The notes: generated by a model not told the origin, from the sequence alone. 62,956 bases of DNA, filler included, from 6 parts of 6 records of this genome joined end to end with filler, not necessarily neighbours in it, one strand, 5' to 3'; shown: positions 29,698-39,976, numbered from the whole stretch's first letter. Numbers and translations are program-made.

Positions 29698-31224
29698 TTA
29701 CTCCGCTGCGCCGCGTTCTTCGGCCAGTTCGTCCGGGCCGTTGGGATCGCCCGGCGCTGTCTCGGCGCCCAGATCGGGGAAGGCTGCGATGCGCTGATTG
29801 CGGAAGTCGGTGCGTAACACGATCAGCCCGCGTTCCTCGAACCAGGTCAGCAGGCGCCGGGCACGGCTCGATGAATGGGTGCCATAAAGCCGGGCCAGAG
29901 TGGCGTCGGACGGGCATGGCGCGCCGGTGAGCGCGGCCTGGGCAATGACCAGGAACACGCCCTGCACATCGTCGGTCAGCGTTTCGGATAAGCTCAGCGC
30001 CTGCTGCCAGCCATCGGAGGATGCGGTCTGTTCGTCGGGCGCCACCCGGGCCACGGCGAGCAGCCGCTTGAAGGCCGGCAGGGCCGGCGGTTCGCCCGGC
30101 ACACGGCGAATGCGGCAGCGCACCAGGAAATCCTGATAGAGCTGGGCCGTGGTACGAAAGCCTGCATCGGGGTCGCTCATCAATTCGACCATCACCGCCT
30201 GGATCATGACGTCGCGTTCGGCCTCGTCGAGTTCGGGGAACAGCGAGACCGGCTCCTCGGGCGCATCGGCGCGGGCCCTGGCGCGGGCTTCGGCGACCTG
30301 GGCGAGTAGTTCATTGGTCGAAGGCGGCGGGGGCGGCGCCGGGCGGCGCACGACCGGCCGGGCCAGTTCCTCGGGGTCCTGGGTGAAAATCAGGTCTGCC
30401 GCGTCTGCCGGCGCTTCGGGCAAGGGGGTCAGCTTGGGGCTGGTCGAGCGCGCCGAGGTTTCCACCGAACCAATGACGATGGGCAGGGGTCGGCGGGAGA
30501 TGGCCGGTCCGAGTGCCACGAAATGGCCGCGCGCGAGGTCACGGAATTGTTCGGCCTGGCGGCGATCCATGCCCAGCAGGTCGGCAGCGCGGGCCATGTC
30601 GATATCGAGAAAGGTGCGGCCCATGAGGAAATTGGAGGCCTCTGCCGCCACGTTCTTGGCCAGCTTGGCCAGGCGCTGGGTGGCGATCACGCCAGCCAGG
30701 CCCCGCTTGCGGCCGCGGCACATCAGATTGGTCATGGCGCCCAGCGAGAGTTTGCGCGCTTCGTCGGAGACCTCGCCGCCCGCGGCGGGGGCGAAAAGCT
30801 GGGCCTCGTCAACCACCACCAGAACCGGATACCAGAAATCGCGGTCGGCATCGAACATGCCCCCGAGAAAGGCGGCGGCCGCGCGCATCTGCTGTTCGGC
30901 GTCGAGCCCTTCGAGATTGAGCACTACAGAGACACGGTGCTGGCGGACGCGGTTGGCGATGCGGGTCAATTCGCTTTCGGTGCGCGTGGCATCGACCACC
31001 AGGTGCCCGTATTTTTCGGACAGGGTAACGAAATCACCCTCGGGATCGATGATGCATTGCTGCACCCACTGGGCGGATTGCTCCAGCAGGCGGCGCAGCA
31101 GATGGGACTTGCCGGACCCCGAATTGCCCTGCACCAGAAGGCGCGTGGCGAGCAATTCCTCAAGATCCATGTGGGCTGGGCCGGATCCCCGGCTCTCTCC
31201 CATGTCGATGGCGACCTGCATCAT
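29698..31224 (-). CDS. HerA/DUF87-like P-loop ATPase with C-terminal winged-helix-like region
   Basis: Walker A GNSGSGKS, Walker B VVVDEAQ, RGRKRG, ATQR. Confidence 0.8.
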   Translation of the reverse strand: MMQVAIDMGESRGSGPAHMDLEELLATRLLVQGNSGSGKSHLLRRLLEQSAQWVQQCIIDPEGDFVTLSEKYGHLVVDATRTESELTRIANRVRQHRVSVVLNLEGLDAEQQMRAAAAFLGGMFDADRDFWYPVLVVVDEAQLFAPAAGGEVSDEARKLSLGAMTNLMCRGRKRGLAGVIATQRLAKLAKNVAAEASNFLMGRTFLDIDMARAADLLGMDRRQAEQFRDLARGHFVALGPAISRRPLPIVIGSVETSARSTSPKLTPLPEAPADAADLIFTQDPEELARPVVRRPAPPPPPSTNELLAQVAEARARARADAPEEPVSLFPELDEAERDVMIQAVMVELMSDPDAGFRTTAQLYQDFLVRCRIRRVPGEPPALPAFKRLLAVARVAPDEQTASSDGWQQALSLSETLTDDVQGVFLVIAQAALTGAPCPSDATLARLYGTHSSSRARRLLTWFEERGLIVLRTDFRNQRIAAFPDLGAETAPGDPNGPDELAEERGAAE

Positions 31225-31350
31225 CTCTCCGGCTGGATGCGCCTCATCTCCAGCGGGAAGGCAGACGCACGGCTAACTGACTATTTGCGAGTGATAGCAC
31301 ATAGCCTCACCGATTCGCCCAATCGGGGAAAGCCCGGTTCCACAGGCCAG

Positions 31351-31974
31351 TCAGTCCGGCTTGCGGGCGATCAGGAAGAGCGCGGCCTTGGGATTGGGGC
31401 GCCAGTCCTGCTCGATGACAAAGCCGGTCTGGACCATGTCGGCGCGCAACTGGTCGGGGGTCATCACATTGAGGACCGGCAACAGGCCCAGGGCGCGGCC
31501 GAGCGGGGCCACATAGCCGAACCATTTCATGGAATCGCCCAGGCAGGCCGTGCTGGACACAAACCGCCCGCCGGGCTTGAGCATGTCATAGACCCGCGCA
31601 ATGACCGCCTGCCGGTCCTTGAGCAGATGCAGGATGGAGAGCCCCAGCACCATGTCATAGCGGCCCGGTTCCACCGCAATGCTGGTGATGTCGCCCTGCT
31701 CGAAGGTGACATTGTCCACGCCGGCCTCGGCGACGCGCTGGCGGGCCATGTCGAGCATGCGGGTGGAAAAATCGATGGCGCGGACACTGCGCACATGCGG
31801 GGCATGGGCAATGGCCGTGCCCCCGGTGCCGCAGCCAAACTCGAAAATTTCCATCTCCGGGGTCAGATGGGCCTGGGTGCGCGCCAGTTTGGTGCGGTAG
31901 GCGTCTTCATCTGCAATCGGCTGGGCAGCATATTTGTCGGCCAGCCTGTCCCAGAAAGCGCTCAACTCGGCCAT
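31351..31974 (-). CDS. Class I SAM-dependent methyltransferase
   Basis: FEFGCGTGGT, DFS, LKPGGRF; start MAELSAFWD. Confidence 0.9.
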   Translation of the reverse strand: MAELSAFWDRLADKYAAQPIADEDAYRTKLARTQAHLTPEMEIFEFGCGTGGTAIAHAPHVRSVRAIDFSTRMLDMARQRVAEAGVDNVTFEQGDITSIAVEPGRYDMVLGLSILHLLKDRQAVIARVYDMLKPGGRFVSSTACLGDSMKWFGYVAPLGRALGLLPVLNVMTPDQLRADMVQTGFVIEQDWRPNPKAALFLIARKPD

Positions 31975-32071
31975 GTTCGCGGGGTCCTGCCTCAATGAAT
32001 TGACCGGAGTGTAATGGCCGCGCCGACAAAACAAAATTGCACAATTTGGCAGAAGACCTATACATCAGCGT

Positions 32072-32959
32072 ATGAATGGATTGCCCGGTAATCCCGACTG
32101 GAACCAGATGCGCGCCTTGCTGACCACGGTCGAGGCAGGGTCGCTGTCGGCCGCGGCCAAGCGCCTGGGCCTCACCCAGCCCACGCTGGGACGGCAGGTG
32201 GCGGCGCTGGAGGAAAGCCTGGGGCTGGCCATTTTCGAGCGGGTGGGGCGGAACCTGGTGCTCACCGAGGCGGGGCAGCGCCTGGTGGCCGATCTGCGTG
32301 ATATGGGCGCGGCGGCCGAGCGGGTGGCCCTGTCGGCGGCGGCGCAATCTCAGTCCGTTGAAGGCGTGGTGCGAATTACCACGGCCGACATCTATGCCGG
32401 CCATGTGCTGCCATCTTTGCTTGAAGAGATCCGGCGCGAGGCCCCGGCGATCACCGTTCAGGTGCTGGCGGTGGGGCAGATCAGCGATCTGTTGCGCCGC
32501 GAGGCCGATATTGCCATTCGCCATGTGCGCCCGGACCAGGACGGGCTGATTGCCCGGCGCTGCAAGGACACTGCGGCCTATGTCTATGGCACGCCGGCCC
32601 TGATCGAGAAGTTGGGTCGTCCGCAGACGGGCACAGAGCTGGCGCGGCACGATTTCGTCGGGGCGCTGGAAAACAATGATGATTTCATTGCCGAGATGCA
32701 GAAGCGCGGGGTGCCGCTGGGTGCGGACAATTTCCGGCTGGCAACGCAAAGTGGCATGACGGCGTGGGAATGGGTGCGCAAGGGCATGTGCCTGGGCGCC
32801 ATGGTGGAAGCGGTGGCGCGCCAGACCCCTGAGGTCGAAATCGTGGTTCCGTCAATCGAGCCCATACCGGTGCCGGTCTGGCTGGTGACGCATCGGGAGT
32901 TGCACACCAGCCGGCGCATCCGGCTGGTGTTCGACATGCTGGTCGAGCATTTATCCTGA
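32072..32959 (+). CDS. LysR family transcriptional regulator
   Basis: GSLSAAAKRLGLTQPTLGRQVAALE; divergent from methyltransferase. Confidence 0.93.
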   Translation: MNGLPGNPDWNQMRALLTTVEAGSLSAAAKRLGLTQPTLGRQVAALEESLGLAIFERVGRNLVLTEAGQRLVADLRDMGAAAERVALSAAAQSQSVEGVVRITTADIYAGHVLPSLLEEIRREAPAITVQVLAVGQISDLLRREADIAIRHVRPDQDGLIARRCKDTAAYVYGTPALIEKLGRPQTGTELARHDFVGALENNDDFIAEMQKRGVPLGADNFRLATQSGMTAWEWVRKGMCLGAMVEAVARQTPEVEIVVPSIEPIPVPVWLVTHRELHTSRRIRLVFDMLVEHLS

Positions 32960-32963
32960 GCGG

Positions 32964-33400
32964 CTAGAGATCCCGCAGCAGTCGCGCCGGTCTGGCCGAG
33001 GCCGCGCGCAGGATCGTCATGGCGCCCAGAATGGCGGTGATGGCAATGGCGACGGCCAGCACCACGATGATAATGTCGAGCTTGAGGGTGAACTCGACCG
33101 CCAGCAGCAATCCGCTGACAAAGCGGCCCATGCCGATGCCCAGCACCAGGGCGGGAATCGCCGCCAGCACCGCCAGCACCAGATATTGCAGGAAAGCCGA
33201 GCCGATCAGTTCGGACCGGGTGGCGCCCAGCACCTTGGTGATGATGGTGTCGGCCTCGCGCTGGCGGCGCCCGGTCGAGAGCGAACCGATCAGCACCAAG
33301 AGGCCATTGCCAACCGCCAGACCCCCGATCAGGCTGGCGGCAAAGGAGAGCTGGCCGAGTGCATCGGTCACTTGCTTGAGCGTGTCGCCCACCGAGATGA
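32964..33400 (-). CDS. FtsX-like ABC transporter permease, C-terminal fragment
   Basis: R..E..I.KVLGAT motif with TM helices; runs into spacer. Confidence 0.75.
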
Positions 33401-33500
33401 NNNNNNNNNNNNNNNNNNNNNNNNNNNNNNNNNNNNNNNNNNNNTTAATTAATTAANNNNNNNNNNNNNNNNNNNNNNNNNNNNNNNNNNNNNNNNNNNN
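33401..33500. other. Artificial contig spacer
   Basis: N44-TTAATTAATTAA-N44. Confidence 0.99.
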
Positions 33501-33686
33501 TTTCGGACCGATAACGGTGGTACCTCACCGAGCAAAAGCACACTCTTTACGCCCTCGTCGATCCTGTTTCGTCCCCATTGGCTCCTCCCCGCAAGGAGAG
33601 GAGATGGTGGAGACGCCGGGTACTGCCCCCGGGTCCGATGGGTTTATTACAATGACAGTTTATCGCCATAGCCCTTGCGGGCACCC
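33501..33686 (-). ncRNA. ssrA: Circularly permuted tmRNA gene (partial; tag-coding part lost in gap)
   Basis: Minus strand: ...CGGACCCGGGGGCAGTACCCGGCGTCTCCACCA (ends 33605), short intervening hairpin, then GGGGACGAAACAGGATCGAC (starts 33576); alphaproteobacterial permuted layout. Confidence 0.9.
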
Positions 33687-33786
33687 TCTATATAGGCGAG
33701 GGGCCAAGCGGATGCAAATCCGGATGGCTCGATTCAGGTCTGCTTAACATCTCGTGATCATGCTCGCGGTCCTCAAGAGGGCAGGC

Positions 33787-34338
33787 ATGAACACGTCGAG
33801 ACAAGGCTTTGGCCGGCGCGGCAGCGGGCGCAGGCGGCGCAGCGGATTGCTGGACACTTTGCCGCTCCTGCCGCTGGCCCTAGTTGCTGTCGGTGTGGGG
33901 GGTGGTCTCACCACCATGCTCGATGGGAGCGGTCTCAGCGATTGGCTGCTTGGCGCGCGCCAGAGTGCAGCACCAGCGGCGAGCCAGCTTCATTCGGGGC
34001 AATTCGGCCTCTGTTCGGGCTCCGTGCGCATCACCTGTGTGGTGGACGGCGACACGTTCTGGCTGGACGGCACCAAGATCCGTATTGCCGATATCAACAC
34101 TCCCGAGATCAGTTCGCCGCAGTGTTCGCAAGAGGCCGTGCTGGGCCGGCGCGCGACCGAACGCCTGAGGGAATTGCTCAATGCCGGTCCCTTCGCGCTG
34201 GTGCGGGACGGGCGGGACGAAGACCAATATGGCCGCAAGCTGCGCGTGGCCATGCGCGATGGTTCTTCGCTCGGCGGCCAATTGGTGGCCGAGGGGTTGG
34301 CGCATGAGTGGCAGGGCTACCGCCAGGGCTGGTGCTGA
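33787..34338 (+). CDS. Thermonuclease (SNase) family protein with N-terminal membrane anchor
   Basis: VVDGDT, IRIADINTPE, DQYGRKL, LVAEGLA. Confidence 0.88.
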   Translation: MNTSRQGFGRRGSGRRRRSGLLDTLPLLPLALVAVGVGGGLTTMLDGSGLSDWLLGARQSAAPAASQLHSGQFGLCSGSVRITCVVDGDTFWLDGTKIRIADINTPEISSPQCSQEAVLGRRATERLRELLNAGPFALVRDGRDEDQYGRKLRVAMRDGSSLGGQLVAEGLAHEWQGYRQGWC

Positions 34339-34341
34339 GGC

Positions 34342-35604
34342 CTAGCGTTCGACCGGCAGATGCTCGACCACCAGGCCCCTTGTGGTTCGCGGGGCAAAGC
34401 CGGGCCAGGTCCGGTCTCCGGCCGGCTCGGTCCAGGGGGCCGAGGCCAGGTCGAGATAGCGTGCCATGCTGTCGTCTTCCTTGAGGGTCAGGCCAAGGAA
34501 TGCGGTCAGGAAGTGCTGCGCGATGTTGTTCATCCGCACATTGGACCAGACGAAATCGGCATAGTGTTCATAAGGACTGCCCGGGCCGCCCTGTTGCAGG
34601 GCTTCGGCTGGAGGAGGCATGGGGGCCGCTGCGTTGTGCCCGGCGCCCTGGAAGCTGAGCATGTAGCGCTCGGCATTGACGGCGCCTTCGAAGATGCGGC
34701 GGATGCCGCCGGCATAGTCGGAAATTTCGTCCTGGGTTCCGCCGATCACGAGGAGGGGCATTTCGATGCCGGCCAGTCCTGCCGCGTCCCAGAGGCCAAG
34801 CTGCCCGCCCCAGGGCGCAATGGTGACGACCGCCTTCAAGCGTGGATCACGCGCCGCTCGATAGGTTGCCGAGTTGGCCGCGAGGGCGTCGAGCGCGCCG
34901 GGAGGCGCCATGCCCGACTCCATGGCGGCCGGCGACAGCCCGGCACCGGCGCTGATGACAGCGCCGTAGCCACCCATGGAATAGCCGATGATCGCGCTGT
35001 TTTCGGCGTCCACCAGACCGGACAGAAAGCCATCGCCTTGTCCCGACATCGCCGCGATGCGGTCGAGCACAAATAATTGGTCGGGCGAGCGGTTCGCCAG
35101 GGTGCTGGCAAAGCCCAGCTTGTTCTCATAGGTGCTTTCGAAATGGTCGATGCTGGCGACAACATAGCCATGGCTGGCGAGGTGTTCGCCAAACGGACTG
35201 AGCAAATAGCGATTGCCCGGATAGCCATGCGAGATGATGACCAGTGGAAATGGGCCTCCAGCCTGCTCGGGCGCGGCGTCGCGGATGGCCTGACCATGCA
35301 GCGTGACCGTCGCGGTGCTGTTGGCCATCTGTACATTGGGATAGGTGTTGTCGGTGTCGGCTGTGCCCGGATCGGCGGGATACCAGATTTCTGCGCGAAG
35401 GGGCCGGTCATAACGGGCCTGGGGGCCGGTGAGCACATCGGGCCGGTCGGTGTAGAGCAGGTCGATTGTCCTGACCCCGACGGTATGCGGTCCGGGCTGT
35501 GCCAGTTCGGGCGCATCGGGCAGCCGCTGGTCGATCCGATTGTCTTCGGCCAAGGGCATGCCTCCTGTCACCGCAAGCAGAAAAATCACCAGAAGCTGTC
35601 GCAT
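34342..35604 (-). CDS. Secreted alpha/beta hydrolase (dienelactone hydrolase/PAF-AH-like)
   Basis: Signal peptide, SHGYPG, nucleophile GYSMGG, D and GH catalytic candidates. Confidence 0.85.
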   Translation of the reverse strand: MRQLLVIFLLAVTGGMPLAEDNRIDQRLPDAPELAQPGPHTVGVRTIDLLYTDRPDVLTGPQARYDRPLRAEIWYPADPGTADTDNTYPNVQMANSTATVTLHGQAIRDAAPEQAGGPFPLVIISHGYPGNRYLLSPFGEHLASHGYVVASIDHFESTYENKLGFASTLANRSPDQLFVLDRIAAMSGQGDGFLSGLVDAENSAIIGYSMGGYGAVISAGAGLSPAAMESGMAPPGALDALAANSATYRAARDPRLKAVVTIAPWGGQLGLWDAAGLAGIEMPLLVIGGTQDEISDYAGGIRRIFEGAVNAERYMLSFQGAGHNAAAPMPPPAEALQQGGPGSPYEHYADFVWSNVRMNNIAQHFLTAFLGLTLKEDDSMARYLDLASAPWTEPAGDRTWPGFAPRTTRGLVVEHLPVER

Positions 35605-35745
35605 ACCGGTCTCCTCCCGTGCCGCAGAGTAGAGCGGGAAAACGAAAGATCAAGTCGTTCACGTGCTTTCATTCTGGTTCGTTTGTGACGCTGGACAAAT
35701 CGTGTGGCGCGCGGTCATGCTGGTCCGGCAAGGGAGTTTCAACCG

Positions 35746-36297
35746 ATGTCGATGGAGCCGCTGAGCGGCAGGGAATGCAATGGCTGCACGGCCTGCTGTT
35801 CCTTCCCGCCAATCCACAGCGAAACATTGCAGAAGCCGGCCAATACGATGTGCCGCCATTGTGCCGAGGGGCAGGGGTGTACCGTCTATGCGCAGCGGCC
35901 CAGCGTGTGCCGGGGCTTTTTCTGCGGCTGGTTCTTTCTGGAAGAACTCGGCCCGGAATGGCACCCCAGACAGAGCGGGGTGGTGATCCGGTCGGAGAGC
36001 TTCGACAATGACACGGTCACGCTGCTGATCCTGGAACTGGGTGCCTTCCTGGTGTCCGAAGAATTTGCCGGGATGGTGGGTGGTTGGGTGGAAGAAGGGT
36101 TTGGCGTCGAGTTCGAACGGCTGGGGCCGAAGGGGCATCTGCCGGCCAAGATGCGCATGAACGAATTGCTCGAAGAGGCCGTCGCAAAGCGCGATCTGCG
36201 GGAGATGCAGACCATTTTTGCCTGGTCCCTGGCGCATATCGACAAGACCCATGTCTGGGAGCCCGACGAGACGGTGCTGCGCAGCGCGCTGGGCTGA
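35746..36297 (+). CDS. YkgJ-like cysteine cluster protein
   Basis: CNGCTACC, CRHC, CTVYAQRPSVCRGFFC. Confidence 0.75.
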   Translation: MSMEPLSGRECNGCTACCSFPPIHSETLQKPANTMCRHCAEGQGCTVYAQRPSVCRGFFCGWFFLEELGPEWHPRQSGVVIRSESFDNDTVTLLILELGAFLVSEEFAGMVGGWVEEGFGVEFERLGPKGHLPAKMRMNELLEEAVAKRDLREMQTIFAWSLAHIDKTHVWEPDETVLRSALG

Positions 36298-36298
36298 C

Positions 36299-36580
36299 CT
36301 AGCCGTTCCACTTCATCTTCATATAGACCCCGCCTGTCTCCAGTTCTTCGAGCATCTGACCCAGGCGCTTGCGGCGGGTTTCCTCGCGCTTGGCGTTGTT
36401 GATCCACATCAGATAGTCATTGCGCTGATAGGCGGGGCGGGCCTCATAGAGCGCCACGAGGCCGCGTTCCTCCAGGGCGGTGCGCACGAAACCGGGCATG
36501 GGCTGGATCGGCCGGATCAGCGTGTTGGGGATCGGCGCGCCGAGAATATTGTGGTCGAGATCAGTCTTGGGGCGGCCCAT
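36299..36580 (-). CDS. YdeI/OmpD-associated family protein
   Basis: RPAYQRNDYLMWINNAKREETRRKRL. Confidence 0.8.
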   Translation of the reverse strand: MGRPKTDLDHNILGAPIPNTLIRPIQPMPGFVRTALEERGLVALYEARPAYQRNDYLMWINNAKREETRRKRLGQMLEELETGGVYMKMKWNG

Positions 36581-36693
36581 ATTGTGCTCCGCGTTGATGG
36601 CTGTTGGCCTCTTAGCATCGAGAATGCGCATAAGCTGTCAGTTGAATTCTCGTACTGCGTCGCAGCACGACCGAATCGCAGTAAGTTTGACTC

Positions 36694-37488
36694 ATGCAGT
36701 CCTATCTTCAGCTTCTTTCCGACATTCTCGAAAACGGCACCGACAAATCGGACCGGACCGGTACCGGTACGCGCAGCCTGTTCGGCTACCAGATGCGGTT
36801 CGACCTTTCGCAGGGTTTTCCGCTGGTCACGACCAAGAAGCTGCATCTCAAGTCGATCATCTATGAGCTGCTCTGGTTCATTCGCGGCGAAACCAACGTG
36901 CGCTGGCTGCAGGAACGCGGCGTCAGCATCTGGGATGAGTGGGCCGACGTGAATGGCGACCTGGGGCCCGTCTATGGCTCGCAATGGCGGAGCTGGCCGG
37001 CACCGGATGGGCGCAAGATCGACCAGTTGCAGAATGTCGTCGACCAAATCCGCAGCAAGCCTGATAGCCGCCGGCATATCGTTTCGGCGTGGAACCCGGC
37101 CGAGGTCGACAATATGGCGCTGCCGCCATGCCACGCATTGTTCCAGTTCTATGTCGCCAATGGGAAACTGAGCTGCCAGCTCTACCAGCGTTCGGCCGAC
37201 AGCTTTCTGGGCGTGCCGTTCAACATCGCGTCCTATGCGCTTTTGACCCATATGGTGGCACAGGTGTGCGAGCTGGAGGTCGGGGATTTCGTGCATACGC
37301 TGGGGGATGCGCATCTTTACAACAATCATTTCGAGCAGGCGCGGGAGCAGCTTGCGCGCGAACCGCGGCCCTTGCCGAAGCTGGTTATGAACTTCGAGCG
37401 CAAACGGCTGGAAGACTTTGTCTTCGAGGATTTTGCTTTTGAGGGCTATGATCCGCATCCGCGCATTGCCGCACCGATTGCGGTATGA
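36694..37488 (+). CDS. thyA: Thymidylate synthase
   Basis: DRTGTGT, ELLWF, ALPPCH, YQRSAD..LGVPFN. Confidence 0.98.
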   Translation: MQSYLQLLSDILENGTDKSDRTGTGTRSLFGYQMRFDLSQGFPLVTTKKLHLKSIIYELLWFIRGETNVRWLQERGVSIWDEWADVNGDLGPVYGSQWRSWPAPDGRKIDQLQNVVDQIRSKPDSRRHIVSAWNPAEVDNMALPPCHALFQFYVANGKLSCQLYQRSADSFLGVPFNIASYALLTHMVAQVCELEVGDFVHTLGDAHLYNNHFEQAREQLAREPRPLPKLVMNFERKRLEDFVFEDFAFEGYDPHPRIAAPIAV

Positions 37489-37811
37489 GCCGGTCGCTGG
37501 AAGAACTCACCGCGCTGGTCTCGGAAGTCTCCGACACCTATGCCTCGCGCAATGACATTGCCCGCGATGATGATTGGTATCTGCTCAAGGTGCAGGAAGA
37601 GCTGGGCGAGCTGGTCGCCGAGTATCTCAGAGGGACCGGACGCGGGCGTATGAAGGGGGCGGATGTTGCTGCCGTCCGGCAGGCCCTGGAGGATGAGGCG
37701 GCAGACGTATTGGCCATGCTGCTGCTGTTTGCGCACAATAATGGTATCGACCTCGATGCGGCGCTGGAGCGGAAGTGGTTCAAATATCTTGGCCGTTCTC
37801 CGACGGTTTGA
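37485..37811 (+). CDS. MazG-like NTP pyrophosphohydrolase
   Basis: [10 protein letters not shown]...EDEAAD acidic motif; ATGA overlap with thyA. Confidence 0.8.
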   Translation: MSRSLEELTALVSEVSDTYASRNDIARDDDWYLLKVQEELGELVAEYLRGTGRGRMKGADVAAVRQALEDEAADVLAMLLLFAHNNGIDLDAALERKWFKYLGRSPTV

Positions 37812-37867
37812 CCGTTTCGCGCCGGGCGCGGCATGCTAGGGATGCTGGCGTCGAGGAGAGGGAGGTC

Positions 37868-38878
37868 ATGATGAGGGCTTGTGCTGCAACGCTGCTGGTG
37901 CTGATGGCCACGCCGGCTTTCGGCAATGATACGGCGGCGGTTCTGACCACGGGTGGGCTGGAATTTGTCTCGCATGGTGAAATCGCCATGGAGAGCGAGG
38001 AATTGTTCATCTCGCGCGAAGAGATCCGCGTCGTCTATCGGTTCCGCAATGACAGCGACGAAGACCACCATTTGCTGGTGGCTTTTCCCATGCCCGACAT
38101 CGTGCCGGATCATTTCTCGCCGGTGGCCTATCCGATGGGGGCGAGCGACAATCTGTTCGGGTTCGAGACGACGTTTGAGGGCGAGCCGGTCGAGGCAGAA
38201 CTGCACGAATATGCCTTTGCAGCTGGAATCGATCGGACCAAGCTGCTGGCAAAGCTCGATATTCCGCTGGTGCCGATCAGCCAGGAGGCCATCGACGCAG
38301 TCGACGGGCTGGATGAAGCGGCGATAGCCGAGCTCTTGCATCTGGGCCTGGCTATGCCGGATGAATACGACGCCGGGGAAGGTTGGGAAACCCACCACTG
38401 GCCGGCCTGGACCTATCGCGCGACCTATAGCTGGGAGGCGACGTTCCCGGCAGGCGAGACCGTTACCGTCGAACATCGCTATACACCCAGTGTCGGTGGA
38501 ACGACCGGCGTAGCGTTTCTGTCCGAACCTTATGAGGATGGGTATGATCCGGCCGCGGAATATCGGCGCAAATATTGTACGGACGAGGGTTTCGTAGCCG
38601 CGGTGCGCAAGACGCTGCCCAACCCGGACGAACCCTGGGGCGCACCGTTCACCGAAAGCTGGATTTCCTACATCCTGACCACAGGCGGCAATTGGGCCGG
38701 TGGCGGCATCGAAAATTTCCGGCTCGTCATCGACAAGGGCAGCACCGACAATCTGGTGTCATTCTGCGGCGACGGCGTGACCAAGATCGGGCCAACGACC
38801 TTCGAGATGGTCAAACAGGATTTCTTGCCGCGCGAGGAGCTGAACATTCTCATCCTGGAGCGCTATGAGGCGCAATAG
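37868..38878 (+). CDS. DUF4424-like exported protein
   Basis: Signal peptide, ND...GGL, IAMESEELFIS, VAFPMP, YILTTGGNW; family name from memory. Confidence 0.65.
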   Translation: MMRACAATLLVLMATPAFGNDTAAVLTTGGLEFVSHGEIAMESEELFISREEIRVVYRFRNDSDEDHHLLVAFPMPDIVPDHFSPVAYPMGASDNLFGFETTFEGEPVEAELHEYAFAAGIDRTKLLAKLDIPLVPISQEAIDAVDGLDEAAIAELLHLGLAMPDEYDAGEGWETHHWPAWTYRATYSWEATFPAGETVTVEHRYTPSVGGTTGVAFLSEPYEDGYDPAAEYRRKYCTDEGFVAAVRKTLPNPDEPWGAPFTESWISYILTTGGNWAGGGIENFRLVIDKGSTDNLVSFCGDGVTKIGPTTFEMVKQDFLPREELNILILERYEAQ

Positions 38879-38972
38879 CGCCGCCATGGCCCGAACGTCA
38901 TCCGCGCCAGCGGATGTCGCCGTAACTGCAATCAATGGAGGCCCCCGCCCTGCGGGGCGTGTTATCAAGGAC

Positions 38973-39455
38973 TTGACCAAGCTCACTATCCGCCGCGCCG
39001 TCCCAGCGGACGCCGGCCAGATCGTCGAATTTATCCGCGCGCTGGCTGTCTATGAGAAGCTCGAACACGAAGTGCAGGCCGGTGAGGCCGAAATTGCGCG
39101 CGATCTGTTCGGGGCCGAACCCAAGGTGTTCTGCGAGATGGCCGAATGGGAGGGCAAGCCGGTCGGCTTTGCGCTCTGGTTCTATACCTATTCGACCTTT
39201 CAGGGCCGGCACGGCATCTGGCTCGAGGATCTTTACGTCGATCCGGAACTGCGCGGGAAGGGGATCGGCAAGGCCTTGCTGGTCCACCTCGCGCAACGCT
39301 GCGTAAAAGAGGAGCTGGGGCGGTTCGAGTGGTGGGTGCTCGACTGGAATGAACCCTCCATTGCATTCTACAAAAGCCAGGGGGGCGTGATGCAGGACGA
39401 GTGGACCAAGGTGCGGGTGGATGGGGACGCGCTCTCCAAGTTGGGGCAGCTATGA
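38973..39455 (+). CDS. GNAT N-acetyltransferase (diamine acetyltransferase-like)
   Basis: LAVYEK, YSTFQG, LEDLYV..RGKGIG, VLDWNEPSIAFY; TTG start after AAGGA. Confidence 0.88.
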   Translation: MTKLTIRRAVPADAGQIVEFIRALAVYEKLEHEVQAGEAEIARDLFGAEPKVFCEMAEWEGKPVGFALWFYTYSTFQGRHGIWLEDLYVDPELRGKGIGKALLVHLAQRCVKEELGRFEWWVLDWNEPSIAFYKSQGGVMQDEWTKVRVDGDALSKLGQL

Positions 39456-39976
39456 GCGTTCTCATTTCCCTGATCGCCGCGGTGGCGCGCAACAATGTGA
39501 TTGGTGCGGACCAGTCCATGCCCTGGCGCATTCCGTCGGACTTTGCCTGGTTCAAGCAGACCACGATGGGCAAGCCCATGGTCATGGGGCGCAAGCAGTT
39601 CGAGACTTTCCCCAAGCCATTGCCGGGGCGTCCGCATATTGTGGTGACGCGGCAACATGATTATCGGCCCGAGGGGGTGCTGGTTCGCCACAGCCTGCAG
39701 GAGGCCCTCGCCGCTGCGCGGCGACTGGCCGAGGCCAGCGACCAGAATGAAATCATGGTGATTGGTGGTGGCGACATATACGCGCAGGCGATGCCGCTGG
39801 CGGACCGGCTCTATATCAGCCATGTCGACCTGGAGCCGGACGGGGATGTGCATTTTCCGCCAATTGACGCGGTCGAATGGCGGGTCGTCGATGAGCCCGA
39901 CATGCCCCGATCCGAACGCGATCCGGCCACTTATGCGATAAGGGTTTACGAACGCATTCACGGGACCGCGCATTGA
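39452..39976 (+). CDS. folA: Dihydrofolate reductase
   Basis: IAAVARNNVIG, MPW..PSD, MGRK, PLPGR, IGGGDIY. Confidence 0.95.
   Translation: MSVLISLIAAVARNNVIGADQSMPWRIPSDFAWFKQTTMGKPMVMGRKQFETFPKPLPGRPHIVVTRQHDYRPEGVLVRHSLQEALAAARRLAEASDQNEIMVIGGGDIYAQAMPLADRLYISHVDLEPDGDVHFPPIDAVEWRVVDEPDMPRSERDPATYAIRVYERIHGTAH

Noticed and set aside
30149-31998. 375-aa and 491-aa + strand ORFs
   Set aside because: Opposite the ATPase and methyltransferase genes; low-complexity or shadow translations
33517-33747. 76-aa ORF (MVETPGTAPGS...)
   Set aside because: Antisense translation of the tmRNA gene
33787-34338. SNase next to ssrA as a defence island or prophage
   Set aside because: No integrase, att repeat or other defence/phage genes; anchored SNases are common
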